Origin: Niabella sp. 22666 | GTDB lineage: Bacteria > Bacteroidota > Bacteroidia > Chitinophagales > Chitinophagaceae | Strand: one strand, 5' to 3' | Assembly: GCF_052044285.1 (NCBI RefSeq) | Contig: NZ_JBQEMT010000001.1 | DNA: 64,000 nucleotides | In this document: piece by piece, positions 1 through 10,846 of the stretch | Numbering within the stretch: the first letter of the stretch is position 1 | How the letters are laid out: each line of letters starts with the position of its first letter | The notes under the pieces: model-generated | Seen by the model: the letters and a program-made list of their open reading frames with translations, nothing else | The model's database searches: none | What the model was told of the DNA's origin: nothing | Position numbers and translations under genes: made by a program

Positions 1-364
1 CACATATCAATTTCCGCCGTTCTTTTAAAATTACATCGGCTGCACGTGTAATAAGATCATTGGAAATACCGTTAGCAATACGCCCTAATGTACCCATAGA
101 GCAGGGAGCAATGATCATGGTATCATACTGGCCGCTACCTGATGCAAAGGGCGCCGAGAAATCATTCTTGCCAAAGTAGTGTACTCCCTCTTTTTCTTTA
201 AAGGGTTCCTGCATTTCAACCTGCCATACATCCATAGCATTATCTGTAGCCACTACTGCAAGCGCCTCCCATTGATCTTTTAGTTGCAAAAGCTTATCAA
301 TCATTTGAGCAGGGTATATAGATCCGCTTGCTCCTGTTATTGCTATCAGTATTTTTCTTCCCAT
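1..364 (-). CDS. ubiX: Flavin prenyltransferase UbiX (N-terminal part; the C-terminus runs off the window start)
   Basis: Reverse translation from an ATG near 362-364 gives MGRKILIAITGASGSIYP...LTRAADVILKERRKLIL, which matches the UbiX/Pad1 flavoprotein family. The gene is truncated by the window edge. Confidence 0.75.
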   Translation of the reverse strand, partial: MGRKILIAITGASGSIYPAQMIDKLLQLKDQWEALAVVATDNAMDVWQVEMQEPFKEKEGVHYFGKNDFSAPFASGSGQYDTMIIAPCSMGTLGRIANGISNDLITRAADVILKERRKLIC

Positions 365-375
365 ACAATTACAAA

Positions 376-966
376 CTAACTTTCTACCACGCCGCCTGTT
401 ACCGTATATTTCATGGCATCACCAGCGGTAAGGTTTTCTATTGGTTTCACCCGCTCTTTGGGTAAAATATACAATTGTCCGGCGAAATTATAAGCCTGGG
501 GCACATAAACGCCTACCATCTCATGCCCCATGTTAAACTTCTCCATTTCATCATCGGTCAAAAACCCCACTATCCACACATCATTATTAAACACATTAGC
601 CAACACAGCCTTGGTGAATTTTTTCTTATCGCCCGCAAAAGCCTGGAAAAAGTCTTTTATTGATTTATAAATTAATTTAATACCAGGCGTTCGCTCCAGC
701 CAGTGGTCAAAAAAATTAATCATGCTTTCCATGATAAAATAACTGCTCAGCCAGCCTATAAAGATGATGAAAGCAATAATGAGCACGAATCCGACCCCGG
801 GCGTGGTAAAGACCGGTCTTAACAGGCTGTCAATCCAATCAAACACAACGTACAATATATAGGCTGTAATGGTAACGGGAGCTAATATAATCACCCCCTG
901 AACAAAATAACGAAATAGGGTTTTCAGCACTGTATCCTTGGGAGTATGTGGAAGATATTTAGGCAT
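376..966 (-). CDS. DUF502 family membrane protein
   Basis: 196 aa with an N-terminal TM region (VQGVIILAPVTITAYILYVVFDWIDSLL) typical of DUF502. Confidence 0.65.
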   Translation of the reverse strand: MPKYLPHTPKDTVLKTLFRYFVQGVIILAPVTITAYILYVVFDWIDSLLRPVFTTPGVGFVLIIAFIIFIGWLSSYFIMESMINFFDHWLERTPGIKLIYKSIKDFFQAFAGDKKKFTKAVLANVFNNDVWIVGFLTDDEMEKFNMGHEMVGVYVPQAYNFAGQLYILPKERVKPIENLTAGDAMKYTVTGGVVES

Positions 967-1173
967 TTGAGGCGCAAGATACTATATCTTTTATTGATAT
1001 CAGATTGACCTTATTCTGCTATCCACCCCTTTTTTATTGCTATTCGCCTAAAAAATATTTCCCGTCTTTTAAGGTATTTTACTTTTGAGTCCGTTTTCAA
1101 AACCAGTGCTTTAAAAAATAATTCCTTTTGGAAACTCTAGACCCCGAAAAAGTTTCCTTAGTTTCGCGATGCA

Positions 1174-1818
1174 ATGGCAATGGTGGTTGACAATAAAACA
1201 AGGATAAGAGAAAAAGCGAAAGAGCTGTTTATGCAGTTGGGCATGCGACGGGTGAGCATGGATGATATAGCGGCTGAAACCGGGATGAGTAAAAAAACGC
1301 TTTACCAGTATTATACCGATAAAGAAACCCTGGTTGCAGATACTATTGGAGTGATACTGGAGACGAATCACGCTAACTGCGAAAGCTGTAGAGAGAAAGC
1401 TAAAAATGCAATTCATGAAGGTTTTTTAGCTACGGCTTCGGTATCTGAAATGATGCGGCGGTTAAATCCCATATTGCTGTTTGATATGCAGAAGTATTAC
1501 CCGGCAGCATACCGGAAGTTCTTAAAATTCAAGGAAGATTTCCTGTATAAGTTCATCTACCACAGTATTGAATGGGGTATTAAAGATGGATTATTCAGAG
1601 CAGATGTGGATGTGGCGCTGGTGAGCCGCCTGCGAATTGAAAGTATTAACCTGCCTTTTCAACGCAATTTTTACGATGCGATGAAGACAGACCTGGGTAC
1701 GTTACAAAAAGAAATATTCATCCTTTTCCTTTATGGAATTGCAACTCCGAAGGGAACGCGGATGATCAATAAATACAGAACCGAACAGATAAAACCACTT
1801 ACTGATGATACGAACTAA
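1174..1818 (+). CDS. TetR/AcrR family transcriptional regulator, likely regulating the downstream efflux operon
   Basis: N-terminal HTH (RVSMDDIAAETGMSKKTLYQYYTDKETLV). Its 3' end overlaps the TolC start by 14 nt. Confidence 0.85.
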   Translation: MAMVVDNKTRIREKAKELFMQLGMRRVSMDDIAAETGMSKKTLYQYYTDKETLVADTIGVILETNHANCESCREKAKNAIHEGFLATASVSEMMRRLNPILLFDMQKYYPAAYRKFLKFKEDFLYKFIYHSIEWGIKDGLFRADVDVALVSRLRIESINLPFQRNFYDAMKTDLGTLQKEIFILFLYGIATPKGTRMINKYRTEQIKPLTDDTN

Positions 1819-3208
1819 AATAGCGACGGTAGCCCTGCTGCTTTTCGCTTTTACACAAACCACCTTTTCCCAGCAAACCCATCAATTTACCCTTCAGCAG
1901 GCTTTAGAGTATGCACAAAAAAACAATGTGCAGGTTAAAAACGCATTGCTGAATGTACAATTACAACAGCAGGTAAACCGGGAAGTTACCGGAAGCGCTT
2001 ACCCGCAAATTAGCGCTAACGGTGGCATTGTTTTTAACCCTAATGTTGCTACCCAAAGGCTACCTAACTTTCTTTCTCCAGCGGTTATTGCTACGCTTCA
2101 ACAATTAGGTGTAACCGATGGCAATGGTAACCCCGTAGAATATGATCCAAGCGCAGACTATGGCTTCATTGATGCTCAGTTTGGAACCAAATGGAACTCC
2201 AACGCCGGGGTTTCATTAAACCAGCTTTTGTTCGATGGACAGGTTTTTACCGGCTTGAAGGCAAGAGGCACGCTAATTGAGTACCAAGAAAAAACAGCTG
2301 AAGTTACAGCGGAGCAGATTCGATTGAATGTATCCAAGATTTACTACCAGTTAGTATTGAGTAAAACCCAGATTGCCCTTTTGGACTCGAATCTTGCATT
2401 ATTGGAAAAAAATAAGCATGATACAAAAATAATGTTTGATAATGGATTCGTAGAAAAACTGGAAATAGATAAACTGGATGTGCAAATCACCAACCTAAGA
2501 TCGCAAAGAACCAAGATTATTAATGATGTAAATAATGGATATCTGGGTCTGAAAGTACTGATGGGAATGCCGGTTAAAGATCAACTTATCTTAACAGATG
2601 AATTAAGCGATGAGAATATAAAGGAAGGTATTTTAGAAGTGTTTACATCTGACTACAGTCAAAGAAGAGATTATCAGGCTGCATTACTAGGTGAGAAACT
2701 TAACCAATTCGATGTTCAAAGATACCAGTTAAGCAAAATTCCAACGTTAAGTCTTGGAGGTAATTACAGCAAAATGGCCATGGACAATACTTTTGGTGCA
2801 CTATGGAAGAATAGTTGGTTTACGGCAAGTTCCATTTCATTAAATCTCAGTATTCCTATTTTTAAAGGCTTTGCCACCAATGCAAAGATCGAGCAATCCC
2901 GTATCAAGCTTCGTCAAACCCAAAATCAAATTGAAGCATTAAAATTAAGTATAGAGCAGGAGCAGCAGTCTGCCATAAATACATTTAAAGCGGCAATTGT
3001 TGATATGGATTATCAAAAGCAAAATATGGCTTTGGCAGAACGTGTATACCAGCAAACCAAGAAAAAATTTGAAGTAGGTACCGGAAGCCAGCTAGAGATT
3101 GAAAATGCAAGAGTACAATTGCAAAGTGCTCAAACCAATTACTTCAATTCTTTGTATAACGCCGTTATTGCGAAAACTGATTTCCTGAAAGCATCCGGCA
3201 AACTATAA
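1805..3208 (+). CDS. TolC-family outer membrane efflux protein
   Basis: 467 aa with a signal peptide and a long coiled/beta architecture. It is the first gene of a TolC-MFP-RND operon, as is typical in Bacteroidota. Confidence 0.85.
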   Translation: MIRTKIATVALLLFAFTQTTFSQQTHQFTLQQALEYAQKNNVQVKNALLNVQLQQQVNREVTGSAYPQISANGGIVFNPNVATQRLPNFLSPAVIATLQQLGVTDGNGNPVEYDPSADYGFIDAQFGTKWNSNAGVSLNQLLFDGQVFTGLKARGTLIEYQEKTAEVTAEQIRLNVSKIYYQLVLSKTQIALLDSNLALLEKNKHDTKIMFDNGFVEKLEIDKLDVQITNLRSQRTKIINDVNNGYLGLKVLMGMPVKDQLILTDELSDENIKEGILEVFTSDYSQRRDYQAALLGEKLNQFDVQRYQLSKIPTLSLGGNYSKMAMDNTFGALWKNSWFTASSISLNLSIPIFKGFATNAKIEQSRIKLRQTQNQIEALKLSIEQEQQSAINTFKAAIVDMDYQKQNMALAERVYQQTKKKFEVGTGSQLEIENARVQLQSAQTNYFNSLYNAVIAKTDFLKASGKL

Positions 3209-3239
3209 ACCATAAACCCCAAACTATAAATCAATTTAT

Positions 3240-4451
3240 ATGCAGTATATATTAAAACTAACATCGATAGTAGCCTTCACGGCCATCTTAGCATCCTGCG
3301 GTGGTGGTAAAAAAGAGCAAAACAGCGCCCTGAACGATAAAAAAGTGGAGCTGGAAAAACTGAAAGGCGAGCAAAAAAAGATATCAGACCAGATCAATAA
3401 ACTCAATGATGAAATTGCTGCTTTAGACCCCAGCTTTGTAAAAGCTAAGCTAGTATCCGTTGAAAAAATCGGCAGCGATAATTTTGATCATTTTATCGAC
3501 CTACAAGGAAAAATTGACGCCCGTAAAAATGCTTATGTAGCGCCACGTAACGGGCAGGGCGGTATTGTTCGTGCCTTATATGTAAAACAAGGCGATCGTG
3601 TTCGCCGCGGTCAGACCCTTTTAAAGTTAGACGATGCTCTACTTCGCCAGCAATTGACAGGAGCTCAACAGCAGGTTGCAACCGTTAAGGCACAGTTGGA
3701 ACTGGCTAAAACAACTTACCAGCGTCAGAAGAATCTATGGGATAATAATATAGGTGCCGAAATGCAGGTGATACAGGCTAAAGCCAATGTTGATCAGCTA
3801 ACAGCACAGGTACAGGCAGCAGAAGCACAGGCCGGTGCTGTACGCGAGCAGTTAAGCTTCTCCAATGTTACTGCAGATATCGATGGTACTATTGACCAAT
3901 TGAATATAAGAGTAGGTGAAATGTTTACGGGCATGAGCGCAACAGGTCCGCAGATATCTATTGTAAACACCTCTCAATTAAAGCTACTGGTAAATGTTCC
4001 CGAAAATTACCTGGATCGTGTAAATGTAGGTTCTTCTATGACGGTTACATTGCCTGAGGCTAACGATAAGAAAATTCAAACTAAAGCCTCAGTTGTAAGT
4101 AAGCTGATCGATCCATCTACACGCAGCTTCTATGTTGAGGCTAATGTACCTTCTGATCCGGCTATCCGTGCCAACCAGATTGCCAGAGTACAAATTGAAG
4201 ACTACTCCAGGCCAGACGCCATCACGGTTCCCGTAAATACTTTACAAACCGACCAGCAGGGCAAGTTTGTTTTGGTTGCTGTTACTGAAAATAAAAAACT
4301 GGTAGCGCGCAAGAAAAGGGTTATTCCTGGTGAACTGTACAAAGACAGACTGGAGATTAAATCCGGGCTTGCTAATGGCGATCAGCTGATTACTGAAGGC
4401 TTCCAGAGTGTTTACGATGGTCAGGTAATTACTACCACGCCAGTTAAGTAA
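3240..4451 (+). CDS. Efflux RND transporter periplasmic adaptor subunit (HlyD/MFP)
   Basis: 403 aa with a lipoprotein-like N-terminus (ILASCGG), coiled-coil hairpin and beta-barrel regions. Confidence 0.85.
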   Translation: MQYILKLTSIVAFTAILASCGGGKKEQNSALNDKKVELEKLKGEQKKISDQINKLNDEIAALDPSFVKAKLVSVEKIGSDNFDHFIDLQGKIDARKNAYVAPRNGQGGIVRALYVKQGDRVRRGQTLLKLDDALLRQQLTGAQQQVATVKAQLELAKTTYQRQKNLWDNNIGAEMQVIQAKANVDQLTAQVQAAEAQAGAVREQLSFSNVTADIDGTIDQLNIRVGEMFTGMSATGPQISIVNTSQLKLLVNVPENYLDRVNVGSSMTVTLPEANDKKIQTKASVVSKLIDPSTRSFYVEANVPSDPAIRANQIARVQIEDYSRPDAITVPVNTLQTDQQGKFVLVAVTENKKLVARKKRVIPGELYKDRLEIKSGLANGDQLITEGFQSVYDGQVITTTPVK

Positions 4452-4531
4452 GCTGATCGTAAACAGATGACGGTTGACAGCAGAAGCAGCTGCCGGTTAA
4501 ACATAACTTCAAACTTCAAACAAACTCTGAT

Positions 4532-7500
4532 ATGAGTGTTTTAGAAAATTTCAACGAAAAATTCAAAGAGTTTAAGCCCACCTCCTGGTCGGTAAAAAAC
4601 CGTACCACGGTGTACCTGCTTATACTTTTTGTATCAATATTCGGGGTAACAACCTTTGTTACGCTCCCGAAAGAAAGCTTTCCCGATGTAGTCATTCCAA
4701 CGGTGTATGTCTCCACTATTTACGTGGGTAACTCGCCGAAGGATATGGAAAACCTGGTTACCCAGCCTATTGAGAAACAGATCAAGGGCATTACCGGTGT
4801 TAAAGTATCTAAAGTAACCAGTACTTCGGTTCAGGATTATTCTGCGATACAGGTAGAATTTGGCACCGATGTAAAAGTAGATGTGGCAGTACAAAAAGTG
4901 AAAGATGCGATTGATAAAGCCAAGCAGGATTTACCAACTGATCTTACGCAGGAACCAACAGCCCTTGAAGTAAGCCTTTCGGAAATGCCCATTATGTATG
5001 TAAATCTTAGCGGCGATTACGATGGGGTAAGGCTGAAAGAATATGCCGACAAAATGCAGGATCGCCTGGAAGAACTGCCACAAATTACCCGGGTAGATAT
5101 GGTAGGTGCTCCTGAAAGAGAGTTCCAGGTAAATGTGGACAACGCCCGTATGCAAGCTGCCGGTATCACTTTTGATGACATTGCCAATGCTATCAAATAT
5201 GAGAACATGGATATTAGTGGTGGTTTGCTTGAAGTAGGAAATATGAGGCGTAACCTGCAATTGAAAGGTCAGTTTAAAACAGCCTATGATATTGAGAAGG
5301 TAATACTCCGCAACACCAGTGGCAATCCTGTTTATTTAAAAGACATTGCGTCGATAAAAGATACCATTAAAGAAACGGAGAGTTATGCACGCCTGGATGG
5401 CAAAAACGTAGTTACCTTAAACATCGTAAAACGTTCGGGCGAAAACCTGATTGAAACCAGCGACGCCGTTAAGAAGATTACTGAAGAGATGAAGGCGGAT
5501 CTTTTTCCAAAAGATCTGAATGTAGTGATCACTGGTGACCAGAGCATCTCTACACGTACATCCTTTAACGACCTGGTTAACTCCATTGTAATCGGGTTTA
5601 TATTAGTATTGGTAATCCTGATGTTCTTCATGGGATTAACTAATGCCTTCTTCGTGGCATTGAGCGTACCACTGAGTATGTTCGTAGCCTTTATGTTTAT
5701 CCCTTTAGGGGAAATTATTATCGGTGGTAGTATTACCCTCAACTTTATGGTACTCTTTGCCCTGCTGTTCGGTTTGGGTATTATTGTGGATGATGCGATT
5801 GTGGTAATCGAAAACACACACCGCATATTCGTGGAAGCAAAAGGCAAGCTGGATTCTCAAAAATCTGCCATGATGGCCGCAGGCGAAGTATTCGTGCCTG
5901 TATTAGCCGGTACATTAACTACGTTAGCACCATTCTTCCCGCTACTATTCTGGCCGGGTATTATTGGTAAGTTCATGGTGTACCTGCCGCTGATGCTCAT
6001 ATTTACTTTAGCAGCATCATTATTAGTAGCCTTTATCATGAACCCGGTATTTGCCGTAGACTTCATGAACCACGCAGAAGATCATCACGAAAAGAAAAAG
6101 TCAGATGTATTTAAGTCAAGGGCATTTCTTGTAATGATTGTGCTAGGTGTCTTATTCGACCTGTTGGGTTTTGCTTCAAGGCCTGAGGGCAGCATGTTCT
6201 TCTTCGTAGGTAACCTATCGTTAGCTTTAGCAATATTAACTGTATTAAATGCTTATTTCTTTGACGGATGGATACATAGTTTCCAAAACAGGGTACTTCC
6301 CTGGATCATGGATCACTATGAATCGCTATTAAAATGGGCTGTAAATGGATGGAGACCCGTGTGGCTATTAGTTGGTGCATTTGGATTGTTAATAGTGTCG
6401 GTGGTTTTATTTGGAATATCTAGCGCAACAGGGAGAACACAAGTAGTATTCTTCCCCAGCTCTGACCCCAATTTTATTTATGTTTATTTAAAGCTGCCCA
6501 CAGGTACTGATGTAGAGTATACTGATTCCGTTACCAAATATCTGGAGTCTAGAGTAAACCAGGCATTGGAGATTGATCCGGCAAAAAATAAAAAGAATAC
6601 TATTGTAGAAAGCGTGATTGCCAACGTTGCTGTTGGCGCTGCTGACCCTAACAGTGGAGACAGAAGCACCAGGAGTGAGCTGGGACGTGTACAGGTGTCA
6701 TTTGTAGAATATGAAAAAAGACACGGTGTAAAAACAGGCCCTTACCTGGACAAAATACGTGCTGCGATTAAAAATATCCCTGGCGCAGAAGTATCGGTTG
6801 AGCAGGAACAGAATGGTCCGCCCACTGATCCTCCGGTGAACATTGAGGTGGCCAGCGAGCAGTTTGACGATATGATCAAGACAGCCGTTGATTTGAAGAA
6901 CTTCCTGGATAGTGTACAGGTTCCGGGTGTGGAGGAGTTAAAGATGAACGTGGATCTGGCCAGTCCTGAGATTGCATTAACCGTAAATCGTGAGCGTGCA
7001 TTAAGCGAAGGTGTATCTTCTGCACAGATAGGTATGCAATTACGTACTGCTTTATTTGGTAACGAAGCCAGTAAAATAAAAGACGGAGAAGACGAATATA
7101 AGATCTATGTACGTAGCAACGAAGTACAGCGTAAGAGTCTTACGGATCTTTTAAACATGACCATCCGCTTTAGAGATATGGCAACCGGCCAGGTAAAAAG
7201 CGTTCCTATCAGTTCATTGGTAACGGTGGATTACTCTAATACCCTGGGAAGTGTTCAACGTAAAAACCAGAAACGTGTGATCACTTTAAGAAGTAATGTA
7301 CTTTCCGGCTATACACCAACGGCTGTAAATGCAGACATCGCTAACGCTATTGAAAGCTTTAGAAAAACAGGAGACGATGTTACTATTAAACAAACCGGTG
7401 AAGGTGAACAACAAGCCGAAACGGGAGCTTTCTTAGGGAAAGCCCTGGTAATTGCCCTGGGGCTTATCCTGATCATATTAGTTATGCAGTTCAACTCTAT

Positions 7501-8212
7501 GAGTAAATCGGTGATTATCTTAACAGAGATTATCTTTAGTGTTATTGGAGTTTTACTTGGATTCACTTTCACAGGTATGACAGTATCTGTAGTAATGACC
7601 GGAGTGGGTATATTGGGTCTGGCAGGTATCGTTATCAAGAACGGTATCCTGGTAATTGAGTTTGCTGATGAGCTAAGATCGCGTGGTATGAAGACCCGTG
7701 AAGCCGTGATAGAAGCAGGTAAGACCCGTATTATCCCGGTATTACTTACAGCGTTGGCGGCTATTTTAGCATTGATTCCGTTAGCTGTTGGTTTCAACAT
7801 CAACTTCGTTACTTTATTCTCCGAATTGAATCCGAGAATCTTCTTCGGAGGAGACAACGTAACGTTCTGGAAACCGTTATCATGGACCATCATATTTGGT
7901 TTGATCTTCGCGTTCTTTATGACATTGTTTATGGTACCCAGCATGTACCTGATAGCAGAACGTTTAAAACGTCCTATGACCCGAATCTTTAATGGTAAAT
8001 GGATAAGTTTTGGGGCAATCTTCATCCCTGCTATAGGAATGGTGAATGCAATAATGGGCGGTAATGGCCTTGTTACAGTCCTCCTGATTTTTGGCTTCCC
8101 GATACTCATGCTTGTAACTATGTTTAAGCAGAGAAAGAAAACAAGAATGAGAAGGCGCAAATTAGCCAACGACACTAAATCAAGTGAAGCCTTTGTTGGA
8201 AGCTGGTTCTAG
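4532..8212 (+). CDS. Efflux RND transporter permease (AcrB/HAE1-like), unusually long at 1226 aa
   Basis: 12-TM RND architecture with large periplasmic loops. It has a C-terminal basic tail (KQRKKTRMRRRKLAND...). Confidence 0.85.
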   Translation: MSVLENFNEKFKEFKPTSWSVKNRTTVYLLILFVSIFGVTTFVTLPKESFPDVVIPTVYVSTIYVGNSPKDMENLVTQPIEKQIKGITGVKVSKVTSTSVQDYSAIQVEFGTDVKVDVAVQKVKDAIDKAKQDLPTDLTQEPTALEVSLSEMPIMYVNLSGDYDGVRLKEYADKMQDRLEELPQITRVDMVGAPEREFQVNVDNARMQAAGITFDDIANAIKYENMDISGGLLEVGNMRRNLQLKGQFKTAYDIEKVILRNTSGNPVYLKDIASIKDTIKETESYARLDGKNVVTLNIVKRSGENLIETSDAVKKITEEMKADLFPKDLNVVITGDQSISTRTSFNDLVNSIVIGFILVLVILMFFMGLTNAFFVALSVPLSMFVAFMFIPLGEIIIGGSITLNFMVLFALLFGLGIIVDDAIVVIENTHRIFVEAKGKLDSQKSAMMAAGEVFVPVLAGTLTTLAPFFPLLFWPGIIGKFMVYLPLMLIFTLAASLLVAFIMNPVFAVDFMNHAEDHHEKKKSDVFKSRAFLVMIVLGVLFDLLGFASRPEGSMFFFVGNLSLALAILTVLNAYFFDGWIHSFQNRVLPWIMDHYESLLKWAVNGWRPVWLLVGAFGLLIVSVVLFGISSATGRTQVVFFPSSDPNFIYVYLKLPTGTDVEYTDSVTKYLESRVNQALEIDPAKNKKNTIVESVIANVAVGAADPNSGDRSTRSELGRVQVSFVEYEKRHGVKTGPYLDKIRAAIKNIPGAEVSVEQEQNGPPTDPPVNIEVASEQFDDMIKTAVDLKNFLDSVQVPGVEELKMNVDLASPEIALTVNRERALSEGVSSAQIGMQLRTALFGNEASKIKDGEDEYKIYVRSNEVQRKSLTDLLNMTIRFRDMATGQVKSVPISSLVTVDYSNTLGSVQRKNQKRVITLRSNVLSGYTPTAVNADIANAIESFRKTGDDVTIKQTGEGEQQAETGAFLGKALVIALGLILIILVMQFNSMSKSVIILTEIIFSVIGVLLGFTFTGMTVSVVMTGVGILGLAGIVIKNGILVIEFADELRSRGMKTREAVIEAGKTRIIPVLLTALAAILALIPLAVGFNINFVTLFSELNPRIFFGGDNVTFWKPLSWTIIFGLIFAFFMTLFMVPSMYLIAERLKRPMTRIFNGKWISFGAIFIPAIGMVNAIMGGNGLVTVLLIFGFPILMLVTMFKQRKKTRMRRRKLANDTKSSEAFVGSWF

Positions 8213-8239
8213 TAATCTTAACCATTAATTATCATATAA

Positions 8240-8275
8240 AAAGAGGAGTTTTCGAACTCCTCTTTTGCGTTTATA
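8240..8275 (+). terminator. Rho-independent terminator after the RND operon
   Basis: A GC stem (aagaggagtt / aactcctctt) is followed by a TTTTGCGTTTAT tail. Confidence 0.5.
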
Positions 8276-8573
8276 TATTGGGCAATATTCTTATCTTTTT
8301 AGAATACTTAACTGCGTTTTAGTTCGATCCAACAAATACAAACAGGCTTCATTTTCCGTTTCAAATATCTTATGATCTAGCCTATCCCCTTATTCGCTCT
8401 AATAAAAAAATTCCCAATACCTATAATTTTCATAGAGCACTAATGCATATACTTTTACCCATCATTTATAGAGTACCACCGATCGGGTACTGCCATGGAC
8501 TCCATTACTTCCTTCAATTTTCTTATATTCATATTATCCATCTGCCGATACTGTTCACTTTTCAGTTTAGGTT

Positions 8574-8840
8574 CTAATCATATCCAAGAGGGAACCAAAT
8601 GCCTATATAAACAGGAGGTTTCATATTGGAGATAACATGTCCCTGGTCCAAGGTTTTTATATTGACATTGTTTATACACTTAGAAATTCTTGGTAAAACT
8701 TCATCTTTAAACACTTTACTTTTCAATAATGCTAGCACATGCTCACTACTAAATGCAGTTATACCGCAACCTAAATGTAGTCCTGGCGGGATAGCGCCCA
8801 TGTAATCATTAAAATCAAATTCAAACCAGTATCTGATCAT
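8574..8840 (-). CDS. Hypothetical small protein (88 aa)
   Basis: This is only an ORF and I recognise no family. It lies downstream of the rplQ terminator. Confidence 0.25.
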   Translation of the reverse strand: MIRYWFEFDFNDYMGAIPPGLHLGCGITAFSSEHVLALLKSKVFKDEVLPRISKCINNVNIKTLDQGHVISNMKPPVYIGIWFPLGYD

Positions 8841-8950
8841 GTTATCACTAAGTTACTCTACCTAACCAATATATAGCTTACAAAAGCTTAGCTGACATCT
8901 TGATCAATAATTGCTGTTAGCGGTAATCTCAGGACTCCTATCTTCCGGCA

Positions 8951-8990
8951 ATAAAAAATGCCCCGTTCCGATAGTTATCAGAACGGGGCA
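8951..8990 (-). terminator. Rho-independent terminator closing the rpoA-rplQ operon
   Basis: The stem gccccgttc / gaacggggc is followed on the minus strand by a U-run (the plus-strand aaaaaat). Confidence 0.55.
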
Positions 8991-9016
8991 CTAAACTTTA
9001 TAAAGTCCGTCTACAA

Positions 9017-9607
9017 TTAAGCTTTCGCTTCTTCGCTACCTTCTTCTTTTGTTTCCTGAGCCGGAGCTTCTTCTACTGCAGGTGCAGCAGCTACCACTTC
9101 TTCAGCTTTTGCTTCTTCAGCTACTGGAGCTTCTGCAACTACCTCAGCATTTTCAGCTGGAGCTGCTGTAGCTTTTTTACCACTACCACCACGACGACGT
9201 GTTTTCTTAGCAGCAGCTTTTTCTTCGCCTACGTTGTTTCCGTAAATTTCGTTGAAATCTACTAACTCTATCATTGCTTTTTCAGCAGCATCACCAGGAC
9301 GAATGCCTAATTTAATGATACGAGTGTAACCACCAGGACGACCGCCTACTTTTGGAGCAATATTGTCAAACAATTCTTTTACAGTTTCTTTGTCCTGTAA
9401 GTGACCGAAAACAATACGACGTTGGTGTGTAGTGTTCTCTTTACTTTTAGTGATCAAAGGCTCAACAAACACACGTAATGCTTTAGCTTTAGCCAAAGTA
9501 GTTACAATACGTTTGTGCTCGATTAACTGGTTAGAAAGATTAGCTAATAATGCTTCTCTGTGCGCTTTAGTGCGGCTTAAATTTTTGATTTTGTCTCCGT
9601 GACGCAT
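9017..9607 (-). CDS. rplQ: 50S ribosomal protein L17 with an Ala/Glu-rich C-terminal extension
   Basis: [24 protein letters not shown]... plus a low-complexity [18 protein letters not shown] tail. Confidence 0.9.
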   Translation of the reverse strand: MRHGDKIKNLSRTKAHREALLANLSNQLIEHKRIVTTLAKAKALRVFVEPLITKSKENTTHQRRIVFGHLQDKETVKELFDNIAPKVGGRPGGYTRIIKLGIRPGDAAEKAMIELVDFNEIYGNNVGEEKAAAKKTRRRGGSGKKATAAPAENAEVVAEAPVAEEAKAEEVVAAAPAVEEAPAQETKEEGSEEAKA

Positions 9608-9768
9608 GACATTTAATTTTAGATTTGAGATTTGAAGTTTAAGATTTCAAATCCAAACCGGTTAATGAATTCAGCTATACCGTGTCAGGAATTATAGCCT
9701 ACTATTTAATATGCCAATGTGATAATGTGCTAATTAGCTAATTGGCTCATCAGCACATTGGCTAATTG

Positions 9769-10770
9769 TTAATAATCGTCTTTATCGATACCTAACTTCT
9801 GAAGGTCCATTCCAAAACCAAGACCTCTTTCGTTTAATACCTGCTCAATTTCAGAAAGAGATTTCTGACCGAAGTTTCTGAACTTCATCAGGTCTTCCTG
9901 CTCGTACTGTACCAGCTCGCTTAAAGAATTGATCTTAGCAGCTTTCAGGCAGTTGAATGCACGTACAGAAAGATCCAGGTCTTCTAATGGAGTTTTCAAT
10001 ACTTTGCGTAATTGCAATGTATTCTCATCCACTAAATCTTCTTTCTTCTCTTCTTTATTATCGAAAGTGATGTTCTCATCAGTGATGATCATCAGGTGCT
10101 GAATTAAAATACGGCTTGCTTGCTTTACCGCATCTTCAGGATGGATGGTACCATCTGTAGCAACTTCCATAACTAATTTTTCATAGTCAGTACGCTGCTC
10201 CACACGGGTATTTTCGATGCTGTATTTTACATTCTTAATAGGAGTGTAAATAGAGTCGATAGGAATTAAACCAACTGGTGCATCTTTAACTGCATTTTCT
10301 TCTGCAGGAACATAACCGCGACCTTTACCGATCGTCAATTCGATGTCCAGTTTAGCAGAAGAATCTAAAGTACAGATCAACAGTTCGGGGTTCATGATCT
10401 GGAATGACTGAGTGCCATCTGCGATCATACCGGCAGTAAACTGTGCCTGATTTTTAACTGACAATGAAATCTTCTCGTTAGCTACTTCATGATCAACCAG
10501 TTTCTTAAAACGAACTTGTTTTAAGTTAAGGATGATCTCAACCAGGTCTTCGCTGATACCTTTAATGGTAGCAAATTCATGGTCAACACCTTCTATTTTA
10601 ATAGCAGAGATAGCATATCCTTCCAAAGAGCTCAATAAAACCCTGCGAAGTGCATTACCAATGGTTACGCCATAACCAGGCTCCAAAGGTGCGAACTCAA
10701 ACTGGGCTTCAAAATCAGAAGCTTTTTGCAGGATGATTTTATCCGGCTGCTGAAAATTCAAAATTGCCAT
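9769..10770 (-). CDS. rpoA: DNA-directed RNA polymerase subunit alpha
   Basis: 333 aa with conserved N-terminal dimerisation and C-terminal domains. Its position between rpsD and rplQ fits. Confidence 0.95.
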   Translation of the reverse strand: MAILNFQQPDKIILQKASDFEAQFEFAPLEPGYGVTIGNALRRVLLSSLEGYAISAIKIEGVDHEFATIKGISEDLVEIILNLKQVRFKKLVDHEVANEKISLSVKNQAQFTAGMIADGTQSFQIMNPELLICTLDSSAKLDIELTIGKGRGYVPAEENAVKDAPVGLIPIDSIYTPIKNVKYSIENTRVEQRTDYEKLVMEVATDGTIHPEDAVKQASRILIQHLMIITDENITFDNKEEKKEDLVDENTLQLRKVLKTPLEDLDLSVRAFNCLKAAKINSLSELVQYEQEDLMKFRNFGQKSLSEIEQVLNERGLGFGMDLQKLGIDKDDY

Positions 10771-10846
10771 ACCTATTTTAGATTTAAGATTTTAGATTTA
10801 AGATTGCTAGTTGCATTAACTATGAACCATAAACCATGAACTATTA

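Noticed and set aside
7309-8175. A 288-aa antisense ORF inside the RND permease gene (smaller ones lie at 5383-5847 and 4931-5260)
   Set aside because: It lies fully within a well-supported 12-TM transporter CDS on the opposite strand. Its composition is low-complexity and hydrophobic, as expected from the reverse complement of TM codons, and it has no recognisable family.
9641-9660. A TTCAAATCC tRNA T-loop-like string
   Set aside because: It has no complementary T-stem, acceptor stem or anticodon arm around it. It is part of the AGATTT repeat tract upstream of rplQ.
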